In this document: piece after piece, positions 53,033-63,283 of the stretch
How the letters are laid out: every line of letters begins with the position of its first letter
Position numbering within the stretch: the first letter of the stretch is position 1
Source: Bacillota bacterium
GTDB taxonomy: Bacteria > Bacillota > Sulfobacillia > Fermentithermobacillales > Fermentithermobacillaceae
Assembly: GCA_040766225.1 (NCBI GenBank)
Contig: JAXGQX010000007.1
Coordinates: 10,446-74,445, forward strand
Reading direction: 5' to 3'
Length of the DNA stretch: 64,000 nt
The notes under the pieces: generated by a model
The model's database searches: none
Told to the model about the DNA's origin: nothing
Seen by the model: only the letters and a program-made list of their open reading frames with translations
Made by a program: the position numbers and the translations under genes

Positions 53033-53449
53033 ATGCCATTTAGGCTTTCCACGCGCGGACACTACGCTGTCCTCCTGATGCACGAGTTGGCTAGAGCGGG
53101 GGACTCGGTTTGTTCCCTGACAGACATCGCCAAAGCTCAGAAGGTATCGCCGGGCTACCTCGAGCAAATCGTGAGACCCCTTAGAGACGCGGGCCTGGTC
53201 GAAAGCAGACGCGGTTTCGGCGGGGGATACACCCTGGCTGTACCGGCGAGCCGGATTACGGTAGGGAATATAGTGCGGTCTGTCGAGGGACCGGTAATAC
53301 CCGTGAAGTGTGCCGGCGCGGAAGAAGTGCCGGATAATTGCCCAGACAACTGCCAGGCGCGATGGGTCTGGCAAAAAGTCGGAGAAGCCATTGATTCTGT
53401 TCTCGATTCGGTCACCCTGGAAGACCTTCTCCGCGAAGAAAACCGTTAG
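53033..53449 (+). CDS. Rrf2-family transcriptional regulator (IscR/CymR-like)
   Basis: 'RLSTRGHYAVLLMHELA...SLTDIAKAQKVSPGYLEQIVRPLRDAGLVESRRGFGGGY' with Cys residues in 'VKCAGAEEVPDNCPDNC'. Confidence 0.88.
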   Translation: MPFRLSTRGHYAVLLMHELARAGDSVCSLTDIAKAQKVSPGYLEQIVRPLRDAGLVESRRGFGGGYTLAVPASRITVGNIVRSVEGPVIPVKCAGAEEVPDNCPDNCQARWVWQKVGEAIDSVLDSVTLEDLLREENR

Positions 53450-53485
53450 CACAACCTGTTGTGACCGTAAGGAGGTTCGGGCAAC

Positions 53486-54659
53486 ATGCCTTCAGAAAAG
53501 AGTACCGGGATTCGCTGGGTTTATTTGGACTACTCAGCCACCACTCCCGTGAGCGGAAGTGATGACTGCCATGATGCCGTACTTCGCGGGCCATTTCGGC
53601 AACGCGTCGAGCGTTCACCGCTGGGGCCGGGAAGCAAGGGCAGGGTTGGAGGACGCCAGAGGCAAAGTCGCAGACCTCATCGGCGCGTCTCCTCAGGAGA
53701 TCATTTTCACCTCCGGAGGAACGGAAGGCGACAACCTGGCCATAAGAGGCACTGCTTGGAACAAGCGACCTGGCAAATCACCGCAATCACGTCGTCCATA
53801 GAACACCACGCGGTGCTTCACACTTGGCAAAACCTTGAAAAGAAGGCTTCGCCGTCACCTGTTTGCCGGTGGACAATGCGCTACGGTTGACCCGTCTCAG
53901 GTGGAAAAAGCCATAACAGACCGAACCACGCTGATCACCGTGATGCACGGCCAGAACGAAGTGGGCACCATAGAACCCATCAAAGAGATAGGCGCGATTG
54001 CCAAAGAACACGGAGTGACCTTCCACGTTGACGCCGTCCAGAGCGCCGGCAAAGTGCCCCTCGATGTTACGGACATGAACGTGGACTTACTGACATTGTC
54101 CAGTCACAAGATGTACGGGCCCAAGGGGGTAGGCGCCCTCTACGTGCGTAAGGGTACGCGACTCAATCCGCTTGCCACGGGCGGAAGCCATGAGCACGGT
54201 TTGCGCGCGGGGACAGAAAACGTCCCGGGCATCGTCGGTTTCGGGGAAGCATGCCGCCTCGCCAAAGAGGAGTTGCCGGCCGAGTCACAAAGACTTACGG
54301 TGCTCCGAGATCGCTTGATCCAAGGGCTTCTCACCAAAGTTCCGGACACGGTCTTGAACGGCCATCCCACCATAAGGCTCCCCCACCACGTGAACGTGAG
54401 TTTCAAATTCATAGAAGGGGAGTCCATCCTTTTGAACCTCGACCTCTTGGGGGTGGGGGCGTCGTCGGGGTCGGCGTGTACGTCGGGCTCACTGGAGCCA
54501 TCCCACGTTCTCTTGGCGATGGGCCTCACTCACGAATTGGCCCACGGATCCCTCAGAATGACGCTGGGATTGTCAACCACGGAGGAAGACGTAGATTACG
54601 TCCTTTCCGTATTGCCCCCGATCGTATCAAAGCTTAGAGACATGTCGGTGTTCCGCTAG
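53486..54659 (+). pseudogene. nifS: cysteine desulfurase NifS/IscS; at least 3 frame breaks in the first 400 nt as sequenced
   Basis: Successive frames read 'YLDYSATTPV', 'EVMTAMMPYFAGHFGNASSVHRWGREA...IIFTSGGTEGDNLAI' and 'ITSSIEHHAVLHTWQNLE'. An intact 274-aa fragment follows with 'LLTLSSHKMYGPKGVGALYV' (PLP-Lys) and 'SSGSACTSGS' (catalytic Cys). Confidence 0.85.
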
Positions 54660-54701
54660 AGACGACGACACTTACGGTTTTCCAGAAAGGCGTGGGTTGA
54701 A

Positions 54702-55076
54702 ATGTATAACGACAAGGTCATGGACCACTTCACGAACCCCAGGAATGTGGGAGAGATCCAGGAGGCCGACGGAGCGGGACAAGTGGGAAACCCGGTTTGC
54801 GGCGATGTCATGCGTATCACCATCAAGGTCCAAGACGGGCGCATCGCCGATATCAAGTTCCGCACCTTTGGATGCGGCGCGGCCATAGCGACCAGTTCCA
54901 TGGTAACCGAACTGGTGAAGGGCATGACCTTGGATGACGCTCTGAAGGTCTCCAACAAGGCCGTCGCGGAAGCTTTGGGAGGCCTGCCGACCCCGAAAAT
55001 GCACTGCTCCAATCTGGCAGCCGACGCGCTCCATAAGGCTATCGAGGATTATCGAGCCAAGCATCCCGAAGCGTAA
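54702..55076 (+). CDS. iscU: Fe-S cluster assembly scaffold IscU/NifU-N
   Basis: 'MDHFTNPRNVGE...GNPVCGDVM...FRTFGCGAAIATSS...PKMHCSNLA', the three conserved Cys. 124 aa. Confidence 0.92.
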   Translation: MYNDKVMDHFTNPRNVGEIQEADGAGQVGNPVCGDVMRITIKVQDGRIADIKFRTFGCGAAIATSSMVTELVKGMTLDDALKVSNKAVAEALGGLPTPKMHCSNLAADALHKAIEDYRAKHPEA

Positions 55077-55107
55077 GAGCGTGAAGAAAGCCGGCCCGAA
55101 TCCATTG

Positions 55108-55147
55108 AAGAGGCTTAGGCCATCTAGTGCCTGAGCCTCTTTTTTCC
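55108..55147 (+). terminator. rho-independent terminator after iscU
   Basis: AGAGGCTTAGGC-catctagt-GCCTGAGCCTCT, a 12-bp stem with one G.U pair, followed by TTTTTTCC. Confidence 0.8.
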
Positions 55148-55300
55148 GCTCACCCGCCTAACGTCGTCCCCACAACCGTCGGCGCTTCCGATAATGTATA
55201 TGTTGTCGAAACACGTTGGAAGGGAACAAATCCGGAGGAATATCGTCTTATTGCACGAAAACAGTTCCAGTTTGCCAAAGAATGGACCGGGGTGACGACC

Positions 55301-56044
55301 TTGAAAACCATCGTATCACATCCACACACCATCCTAACGCCCAAGAAAAAATTCGCCCTGTTCCTATGCGTGGCTCTACTTGTGTCTTCGCTACCTTCCG
55401 TGGCGGGGGCCGAAAATACGGGGAGCCTTGTTCCGTCCGATTTCCAGGGATTCTCTGCCATAGCCCAAGGTGACGTCTGCAACGTACGGACGGGCCCCGA
55501 TACGTCTTATTCTTGGATGGGACAAGTCCTTCAGGGCCAACGCGTCCAGATACTGGGTTCTCAAAACGGTTGGTACAAGATAAAGCATGATTCGCGGGAA
55601 GGCTTCATAGCCGGTTGGCTTGTTGACGTGGAACTATCGTCGAAAGGCGTTTCCGCCAGGATCACAAAGAGCGATGTAAACGTTCGCCAGGGACCGGGCA
55701 CTACATATCCCGTGAAGTTCATGGTACAGTCCGGCACCCTCCTACCCGCCGAAGCTAAGCGGGGGGAATGGGTCAGAGTGACCTTGGGCGAAGGCGACTG
55801 TGGTTGGATCAGAGAAGACCTTCTCGCCCTAGAATACAGAAAGCCCGTGGACACAGAAGCGTCCGGCCTTCTGGTTTCGCCGTCCGGAAGCTCTCTCAAA
55901 GTGACACACAGCGCTATGGTGGGTTCGAACACTCTCGCCACACTTCGCCAGGGAGAATCAGCGAAACTGGTGGGATGCAGGGGCGCCTATATCGCGGTGG
56001 TCACCTCCCGAGGCGTGGGAGTTGGGTATACGGGCCTTCCGTAA
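55301..56044 (+). CDS. secreted SH3b-repeat protein; probably the N-terminal part of one SH3b-amidase gene extending to 57508
   Basis: The TTG at 55301 gives 'MKTIVSHPHTILTPKKKFALFLCVALLVSSLPSVAGA', a plausible signal peptide. Repeats follow, such as 'CNVRTGPDTSYSWMGQVLQGQRVQILGSQNGWYKIK...GWL'. The track start (55127) overlaps the iscU terminator. Downstream, 56022-56800 holds further SH3b-like pieces in shifting frames. Confidence 0.7.
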   Translation: MKTIVSHPHTILTPKKKFALFLCVALLVSSLPSVAGAENTGSLVPSDFQGFSAIAQGDVCNVRTGPDTSYSWMGQVLQGQRVQILGSQNGWYKIKHDSREGFIAGWLVDVELSSKGVSARITKSDVNVRQGPGTTYPVKFMVQSGTLLPAEAKRGEWVRVTLGEGDCGWIREDLLALEYRKPVDTEASGLLVSPSGSSLKVTHSAMVGSNTLATLRQGESAKLVGCRGAYIAVVTSRGVGVGYTGLP

Positions 56045-56782
56045 AGTAACGCATCAGCATCTGATGTCCGCTGCTGGAGTCTCGGCGTCTTCGTGGAGTT
56101 TGGGCAAGTATTCCACGGTGACTGTTACGGCGACAGATGTGAACTTCAGAGGAGGCCCCGGCACAACCTACCAAGTCCTCGGTATGCTGCAAAAGGCGAC
56201 GTCCTGGGGCTTATCGAACGCCAAGGCAGCTGGCTTCGGGCCGTATCGCCGAGGAGTGACAGGGTGGGTAGCAGACTACCTTTAAGCGCCTTTGATTGTA
56301 AACCTCCTCGGGCTTCACCGTTACTTTGGACGCATCCGGAAGAGCTACTAGAACAGTGACCGTAACAGGCAGTTTCGCCTCGGCTGTAGTGCTTCCGGAA
56401 ATGACGGCAAATCACTGGTAGTCAGCACGTCCGCTTTTTCGGTACTGAGACCCGTCTGCCCATCAACGCGTACGAGTTTGAAAGCGTAGAAGTGAAGTCC
56501 AGTGACATCACCGTGTCTCTCGTGGGCAAACCCAATTACGTGTCAAGTCCAACGCTCCGGCAAGGTGGTAGTGGAGTTGGTGCCCGACTGGCGATCACCC
56601 CGGAATATCGGTGAAGCATCCGGGCACAGCAGACGCCGAGGTGGTGACCTTTTCTACGCTGGGCTACGCCTGGCCCGAAGTCGCCAGAAACGGCGGCACC
56701 ATAGACGTGTTCGTTCCCGGGGCCATCTATAACGGCGGCCAAGCGAACGCTAAAGGAGACTTGGTGGAGCTCCTGGGAGTGG

Positions 56783-57508
56783 GTGTTCGGGACGGAGGGG
56801 GACCAACGTTACTCTGAAAACGCCGGAGAACGCTCCCTACGTTCTCACACGTACGCCATCCGCGCGCTCACTGCAAATTCTCAGACCCGGGCTTCGGGAG
56901 CAGAGCTGATAATCGTCGACCCGGGACATGAGTGCGACGACCCGGGCGCGGTCGGGCCTACCGGGCTTTGGGAACGGAACGTGAACTGGGAAATCGCGAG
57001 AAGGCTCGCGGATCTCCTGAGGAAGCAGGGAGCGGTGGTCCGCTTGACTAGAGACGACCTAAACGCTGCCTCCCCCGCCCCTATGGACTGGGTCCCGGGT
57101 CTTGACGAATACTCTGGCTCACTGGCAAAACGTTCTGCCTGGTCCAAAGACGCGGACCTATTCATATCCATTCACAACGACTCGGTCTTGGACCGGAACG
57201 CCAGGGGAACGACCTCCTATGTCTGCGACAGAACCCTCAACGCCAAGGAATCCCGAAGGCTTGCCAATCTGGTACAAAACTATCTCTGCCCTGCCCTCGG
57301 AACCGTAAACCGGGGAGTGAGGGACTCTGACCTGTTTGTCGTCAGGGAGACTCTGTGCCCCTCGGTCCTGGTAGAAGTCATGTACATCTCAAATTACTCG
57401 GAAGAAGCCTATCTCCGCAGCCCGAACACGTGGCAACTGGCCGCTTCCGGACTGTACCGGGCGATCGAGCGGTACTTCAACCCCTCGGGCACGTCAATGG
57501 GGATTTGA
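56783..57508 (+). CDS. N-acetylmuramoyl-L-alanine amidase (Amidase_3 domain)
   Basis: 'IIVDPGHECDDPGAVGPTGLWERNVNWEIARRLADLL', 'DLFISIHNDS', 'GTTSYV' and 'SVLVEVMYISN'. Confidence 0.85.
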   Translation: MFGTEGDQRYSENAGERSLRSHTYAIRALTANSQTRASGAELIIVDPGHECDDPGAVGPTGLWERNVNWEIARRLADLLRKQGAVVRLTRDDLNAASPAPMDWVPGLDEYSGSLAKRSAWSKDADLFISIHNDSVLDRNARGTTSYVCDRTLNAKESRRLANLVQNYLCPALGTVNRGVRDSDLFVVRETLCPSVLVEVMYISNYSEEAYLRSPNTWQLAASGLYRAIERYFNPSGTSMGI

Positions 57509-58309
57509 GGCCGGAGCGATGGGGAACATTTCGTCCATCCTGACGAACGTGTAGCCTTGTTCCCTTAGAGTGTCGATGATGACCGGGAGAGCCTGGACGG
57601 ACCCCGACAGGTCCTCTCCCGGTCCCCCAGAGGAATGCTGAAGGATAACTGCTCCCGGACTCATCATCTCCATCACCTTAGCGACTACCATATCTTTGGG
57701 CAGTCCTCGCCAATCCAGAGAGTCCACCGACCACATGGCGATCCTGTATCCAAGCGTAGATGCCTCTTCGACCAGATTGGGAGAAATCGCCCCGTAAGGC
57801 GGACGGAAGAGCCCCGACCCTGAGGCTCCGATCTTAGCCAACGCCTGTTCCGTGGATGCCAACTCCCTTTGGAGAGGCGGTCCCGTCGCCTTCATGATCT
57901 CCGGGTGTGAGTAAGTATGGTTTCCTACGAGGTGGCCTTCCTGGATGATCCTTTGGGCTACGTCAGGGTACTCTTCCACCCTGTTTCCTATGAGGAAGAA
58001 TGTGGCCTTCACCCCTTTGTCCCGGAGGACGTCCAGGACCTGGGGTGTATACTGTCTATCCGGTCCGTCGTCGAAGGTTAAGGCCACATTCTTGGAATCG
58101 GCCGGGCCCAGACGGAGGACAAGGCTGGGGTAGAGCCTTACAAGGTCTATTTCGCCTATCGGCCGGTTGTCTCGCTCGGTTCCGCCCCTTAGGCGGACCC
58201 GCTCCAGCGCCCTCCGCTCCTGCACCGTAGGATTTGTGAAATATGCGAAAGCGGCGACAAAAGACACCAACACGATACCCGCCAGCAACTTCTCGCCCTT
58301 CTGCCTCAT
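57494..58309 (-). CDS. polysaccharide deacetylase (NodB homology domain)
   Basis: 'ALTFDDGPD', 'GHLVGNHTYSHP' and 'FRPPYG'. An N-terminal TM anchor is present. Confidence 0.88.
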   Translation of the reverse strand: MRQKGEKLLAGIVLVSFVAAFAYFTNPTVQERRALERVRLRGGTERDNRPIGEIDLVRLYPSLVLRLGPADSKNVALTFDDGPDRQYTPQVLDVLRDKGVKATFFLIGNRVEEYPDVAQRIIQEGHLVGNHTYSHPEIMKATGPPLQRELASTEQALAKIGASGSGLFRPPYGAISPNLVEEASTLGYRIAMWSVDSLDWRGLPKDMVVAKVMEMMSPGAVILQHSSGGPGEDLSGSVQALPVIIDTLREQGYTFVRMDEMFPIAPASNPH

Positions 58310-58388
58310 TAGAACACCCCCGGCAATAGTTTGCTCCGAGGGTGCCTTTCGTAACTCGTATCCTAGATAGCCACCGCGAAGTGCCGGT

Positions 58389-59735
58389 CTAGAAAGATGT
58401 TACTCCGGTAAACGTGAAATCTTTGATCTTCACGGCGGGAAGCACAGAACTGAAGGTGCTCCACCAGTCCCTAGTCAATCTTGACGAATTGGATACAGAC
58501 TCGACGCGTCCAAAGGCCTCCACCATGGACTCTGTAAAACGTAAGTTCTTTACCCTGGCCGAAAGGCGACCGTCCTCAATGAGGAAAGTGCCGTCCCTGG
58601 TCGTACCCGTCGCTACCACGCGGGTTGGGTCAGGACAGTGGGTATAGTGGAACCTGGTTACCAGCAAGCCCTTCTTAGTGGACGCGATCATATCCTTAAG
58701 GGTCCCTTCTCCTTCCGCCAAAAACATGTTGCCGGGAATTGGTCCCCAGCGGCCTCCAAACTGCCCACCGGCGTGCCCGGTACTCTGCACCCCGTCCTTT
58801 AGCGCCGTGTTGACGTCGTACACCACGCCGGCAGCCACTCCTTTATCTATGAGAACGACCTTTCTCTTGGGCATACCCTCCGAATCAAAGGGGATGGCCA
58901 AACCCCGCGTGTCCAGTCCGTCGTCCCAAATGGTGATGTTGTCCCCCATTACTTTTTGACCCATTTGGCTCGCCATGAAACTCCGGCCCTGCTGCTTGGC
59001 TTCCGCGCCAAATGAGTACATGCCAAGGAACCTGATTAGGTCCGCCAACGCGTATTCCAGGAAGATGGTATCGTACCGACCGGGAGGCAAGTCCTTGGCA
59101 TCAGGGTATAGGGTCGCCTTGTCGATAGCTTCCGATGCGACGTCCTGGAAGTCTATTTCCCTTACATCTCTTGTGAGACGGTCGGCGTATCCCGTGTTCG
59201 AGCCCGATTGGACTATGGTCCGGAAAAAGGCCTAGGTCCATAGGTGGTACGCACGAACCCCTGTTGTGCTGGCTACGGCCTTTTCTTGAGTCTTGGTCGA
59301 AAAACTGCCCGCGGCTTGAAGGCCCTTGGACTCTGCCATGGATATTACTACGCCGCATGCGTCGGCCCGGTCTCCAGGCTTCTGGGAAGAGGTGGCAGGC
59401 ACATATGAAGGAACCTCCGATAGCTGCCGGGGCTTAGGCAATCCCGGGAAATCGCTGTCCTCCCTTGCCACCTCCGCGTTTTCCAACGCCGACATAACTG
59501 CCAAACGCAGCGACCCGTCATCAAGAAGGTTAGCTTGAGATACCCCGATCTTTCCCTTCTTTACCGCTCTCAGGGTTATGACGTGGTCCTGGCGCCTAAG
59601 ATTCTGATGAATGTGGTTCTCGTAGAACCGGGTAAGGTTAAGGTCCTCGACCGAGAGAGAAGCTTCCAGCTCAAAGCCCTTGGCGAAGGAAATCGCCTTT
59701 TCCAGGACCTTCAGCGCATCGTCTTTTCCTATCAC
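58389..59735 (-). CDS. pmbA: PmbA/TldE-family protein interrupted by one in-frame TAG (59232-59234)
   Basis: The two track ORFs (59232-59735 and 58389-59090) are in the same frame. Sequence reads through as '...GVRAYHLWT*AFFRTIVQSGSNTGYADRL...LPPGRYDTIFLEYALADL...'. C-terminus: 'GLLVTRFHYTH...TRDGTFLIEDG'. Confidence 0.8.
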
Positions 59736-61187
59736 CTATCCCACACCTACCCTTACTTTCCTAAAGCGGGCGGGAGCGGCACCGTGTCCGACGTGGATAA
59801 CCTGGACCGGCTCGCCCTTTGCGCAACCCGGAGTCCCCCAGACGTGCCACTCTCCCTCACCTTTGCCCGAAACCGCGTCGCACGAGCCCCAGAACTCAGG
59901 CGTAATCCCAGTGTGTGCCGAGTTCTTGAGCATCCGGCCCAACGAACCGTCCTTTATCTCGTAGGCGATTTCCTGCCCGAAATGGAAGTTCCACCGCTTG
60001 TCATCTAGGCTCCAGCTCTTAGGTGTGTCGACGAACACTCCCTCTTTCGTGTCCTTGATGATCTCCTTTCGCGTCCAATCGCCCTTCTCCAAGTTGATAT
60101 TGGTCATGCGCACCATCGGGATGTTTTGCCATCCCACTGCCCGCATGGTGCCGTTGGACTCCTGACCAAGCCTTGGAGCCAGCTCCCGGGACGTCAGGTA
60201 GTCCACGAAGACTCCGTTTGTCACCAAGTCCGTGCGCTGGGCCTGGACACCTTCGTCGTCGAAGGCGAAGCTGCCTAATCCGCCGGGAACAGTGGCGTCG
60301 GCCACCAGGTTTACGCACTCTGACCCGTAGCGATAGCTGCCTTTTTTGTCTAGGGTCAGGAATGAGGTGCCCGCGAAGGTCGCTTCCTGACCCAACACCC
60401 TGTCCAGTTCCACCGGGTGCCCGCAAGACTCGTGGATCTGTAGGGCTACCATGGAGCCGCCCATGACCAGATCGGTCACGCCTTTGGGACACGTAGGCGC
60501 ATCTAGAAGCGAGACCGCTTCTTCCCCGAGGGTTTCCGCTTTCTTTACAAGATCGAGACTCTCGACAAACTCATACCCTGCGTCTTGATAGTCTGAAAAG
60601 GAACGGGACTGTACATCTCCCGCTCCCTTGGCCATAACCGTCACTGAAGCGCCGGTGTGAATTGACGTCTGTTCTATTTGCCTTCCGTCAGTTGACATGA
60701 ACTGCTTTTCCTCTTTGTAACTCATCAAAGACGCACCTGCTCGAGCTACCCCCGGTATCTTCTTTGCCCTGTCCACCACCTCGGTTAAGAGACGGACCTT
60801 GTCCTCGGTCTTAACCTGCAAGGGGTCTTTCTTGTGGGGGGTCTGCCTCTTTACCCGAATGGGCGGCAAAGGGGACAGGGAGACACCGTCCCCTCGCTTG
60901 TGCCTTGAGGATGCCGAGGCGATCTTGACGGCCTCATCGGCGACTCGCTCTATGCTGCGAGGGTCTAGATACGGAGTCGCGGCGAACCCCCACGCTCCGT
61001 CTACCAGCACACGCAAGCCCAACCCGGTGCTCTTCGAATGAGTGGCCTTAGGGGCTCCGTCGGTGGACACGGTGACCGGCGCTTCCGTAGTAGTGACATA
61101 GCGGACGTCCGCATACTCGGCTCCTAGCTTCTGAGCAAGTCCCAATGCCCTATCGAGTTCTATGATCAAGTTTCCACCGCCTCCCAA
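59736..61187 (-). CDS. tldD: TldD-family metalloprotease
   Basis: 'LQIHESCGHPVELDRVLG' metal-binding motif. 483 aa, abutting pmbA. Confidence 0.88.
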   Translation of the reverse strand: MGGGGNLIIELDRALGLAQKLGAEYADVRYVTTTEAPVTVSTDGAPKATHSKSTGLGLRVLVDGAWGFAATPYLDPRSIERVADEAVKIASASSRHKRGDGVSLSPLPPIRVKRQTPHKKDPLQVKTEDKVRLLTEVVDRAKKIPGVARAGASLMSYKEEKQFMSTDGRQIEQTSIHTGASVTVMAKGAGDVQSRSFSDYQDAGYEFVESLDLVKKAETLGEEAVSLLDAPTCPKGVTDLVMGGSMVALQIHESCGHPVELDRVLGQEATFAGTSFLTLDKKGSYRYGSECVNLVADATVPGGLGSFAFDDEGVQAQRTDLVTNGVFVDYLTSRELAPRLGQESNGTMRAVGWQNIPMVRMTNINLEKGDWTRKEIIKDTKEGVFVDTPKSWSLDDKRWNFHFGQEIAYEIKDGSLGRMLKNSAHTGITPEFWGSCDAVSGKGEGEWHVWGTPGCAKGEPVQVIHVGHGAAPARFRKVRVGVG

Positions 61188-61208
61188 AGGGACAACTTAG
61201 AGATCAAA

Positions 61209-61259
61209 TCGCCCATCTATCTGGGCAGAGAACTTCAAATTGTCCGGACAGATGGGCGA
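61209..61259 (-). repeat. 10-bp perfect inverted repeat with 31-nt spacer; possible terminator or regulatory hairpin
   Basis: TCGCCCATCT (61209-61218) pairs with AGATGGGCGA (61250-61259). The loop contains the palindrome GTCCGGAC. On the minus strand it is followed by TTTGATCTCT. It lies between the M42 gene stop and the tldD start. Confidence 0.35.
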
Positions 61260-61277
61260 AACCGCAAAGATGAGCTC

Positions 61278-62270
61278 CTAAAACTCTAGCGGACTCTCAC
61301 AGAGAGCCACCGTAAGCTTCACGCACTCCTCGACGTCGTCAAGATCGACCATTTCGCAAGGACTGTGGATGTAGCGGCACGGGATGGAAATCACGCCCGC
61401 GGGGATCCCCGCCTTGGTCATCTGGATAGCGCCCGAATCGGTGCCTCCCGCCTCTAGTACCTCCATCTGGTACTTAATGCCCTTATCCTCGGCCACCTTC
61501 ACCATGTAATCGCGTAGAGCGGGTGTGCAAATCAGGCTGGAGTCCTTGACCTTTATGGCAGCGCCGCCTCCCAGAGAGACGTCCATGGTAATGCCCTTGG
61601 GAGTATCGCCGGTCCTGGTAACGTCTAGAGCGATGCCGACGTCAGGTGTGATCCCGAAGGCAGCCACCCTAGCGCCCCGAAGTCCCACTTCCTCTTGTGT
61701 CGTGAACACGGCGTAGATGTCGTGAGTTGGCTTTTGGAGCCGCTTTAGGGCCTCGATGATCACGGCGCAGGCCGCCCTGTCGTCAAGGGCTTTGGCCACA
61801 AATCTAGAGCCCAAACTTATAGCCGGCTGGAAAAACGCGGCGCTGTCTCCCACCTTGACCTTGGCGGTCGCCTCTTCCTTGTTTCTCGCGCCGATGTCCA
61901 CAAAGAGTTTCTCCGTCTTCATCTCCTTGGGATCATCCACTCTCTCGGAACCGATCACTCCGAAGGTCCCGTTCTCAAAGTACACCCTCTGCCCCAGTGA
62001 GATGAAAGGGTTGACCCCGCCTATGTTCCCGTAACGCACGAAACCATCCTTGTCAACATGGGTAACCATGAGCCCGATTTCGTCCATATGCCCGGCCAGA
62101 AGGACTTTCTTCCCGCCGGTGCCCTTCTTCAAACAGATCAGGTTTCCCAGAGCGTCAACTCTAATTTCGTCCACAAACGGTTCGATCTCTTTCCGTATCA
62201 CTTCTCTAGCTGGGCCTTCGGAGCCTGACGGTCCAAAGGCCTCGGTAAGTCTTGTCAAGAGGGTCTTCAC
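61278..62270 (-). CDS. M42-family metallopeptidase (paralog 3 of 3)
   Basis: 'LLAGHMDEIGLMVTHVDKDGFVRY', 'KALDDRAACAV', 'FTTQEEVGLRGA' and 'PCRYIHSP'. Confidence 0.88.
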   Translation of the reverse strand: MKTLLTRLTEAFGPSGSEGPAREVIRKEIEPFVDEIRVDALGNLICLKKGTGGKKVLLAGHMDEIGLMVTHVDKDGFVRYGNIGGVNPFISLGQRVYFENGTFGVIGSERVDDPKEMKTEKLFVDIGARNKEEATAKVKVGDSAAFFQPAISLGSRFVAKALDDRAACAVIIEALKRLQKPTHDIYAVFTTQEEVGLRGARVAAFGITPDVGIALDVTRTGDTPKGITMDVSLGGGAAIKVKDSSLICTPALRDYMVKVAEDKGIKYQMEVLEAGGTDSGAIQMTKAGIPAGVISIPCRYIHSPCEMVDLDDVEECVKLTVALCESPLEF

Positions 62271-63283
62271 GGCCTAAAACCTCCTTCAACGCTCTTCACA
62301 AAGGATATTACGAGCCTTCTCGCAGCATCAAAATCCGCCATGGACATGAGAGCGAACGGTGAGTGTATGTAACGGCATGGGACAGAAATGGCTGCCACGG
62401 GACACCCCGCCCTGGCCTGGTGGATCGCCATGGCGTCGTTTCCGCCGGAAGTAGCCTCTCTGTACTGAATCAAGATAGCGTTCTCTTTGGCGAGCTTTTG
62501 GAGCTGGTCTAGCATCCCTTTGTGGACTATCGTGCCGCGGTCCATGACCGACAGGACCGCTCCTTTCCCGATTTGCGTGGCATACCCTTCGGGATCGGTT
62601 CCGGGAATATCGGCACAGACGGTGCCCTCCAGAGCTATACCCATGTCTGGGTTTACCCTATAGGCCGCCACTTTGGCGCCTCTTATCCCAAGCTCCTCTT
62701 GCGTGGAGAAAACGGCGTACAACTGCACGTCTTCCCAGTTCTCTTTGAGAAGTTCCAGTAGCAGGGCGCACCCCGCCCGGTCATCTAGGGCCTTGGCTTT
62801 GACGATTCCCGGCCAAAGTTCCTCATACTCTGTGTCGAAGATCGCGTAGTCGCCGAGTTTCACCTTGCGCTCGGCCTCTTCTTTGGACTTGGCCCCGATG
62901 TCGATGGTGAGTTGGTCGATAGGGATAACGGAGTCCCGCTCCCGACGTTCCTGCAAGTGGATGGCCTTCGCGCCGATCACGCCGGGGATCCTGTCTTTGC
63001 CCACCAGGACCCTCTTGGAGGGCAGTACGGCGGCAGGGACACCGATGCTCTGGAACCTTAGGAACCCGCTCTTCTCGATGTGCACGATCACAAGTCCGAC
63101 CTCATCCATATGAGCGTCCACCAATACCCTAGGGCCCTTCTCTCCCTTACGGGCAATGACGTTACCGAGCATGTCGGTCTCGTAAGATACGCCGAGGCAA
63201 TCGAGTTCGCCCATTATGGCCTTTCTGACCTCATCCTCGTTTCCCGAGACCCCGGCTAAGGAGGTAAGCTCCCTCAGTTCCAT
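62267..63283 (-). CDS. M42-family metallopeptidase (paralog 2 of 3)
   Basis: 'LVDAHMDEVGLVIVHIEKSGFLRF', 'KALDDRAGCAL', 'FSTQEELGIRGA' and 'PCRYIHSP'. It overlaps the next gene by 4 nt. Confidence 0.88.
   Translation of the reverse strand: MELRELTSLAGVSGNEDEVRKAIMGELDCLGVSYETDMLGNVIARKGEKGPRVLVDAHMDEVGLVIVHIEKSGFLRFQSIGVPAAVLPSKRVLVGKDRIPGVIGAKAIHLQERRERDSVIPIDQLTIDIGAKSKEEAERKVKLGDYAIFDTEYEELWPGIVKAKALDDRAGCALLLELLKENWEDVQLYAVFSTQEELGIRGAKVAAYRVNPDMGIALEGTVCADIPGTDPEGYATQIGKGAVLSVMDRGTIVHKGMLDQLQKLAKENAILIQYREATSGGNDAMAIHQARAGCPVAAISVPCRYIHSPFALMSMADFDAARRLVISFVKSVEGGFRP

Noticed and set aside
55127-55300. N-terminal 58 codons of the track ORF 55127-56044.
   Set aside because: This stretch contains the strong iscU terminator (55108-55147) and has no RBS. 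A TTG at 55301 gives a proper signal peptide.
59232-59234. Pyrrolysine decoding of the in-frame TAG in pmbA.
   Set aside because: Pyl is essentially confined to methylamine methyltransferases. No pyl genes or methyltransferase context are visible here. A Tyr-codon substitution is far more likely.
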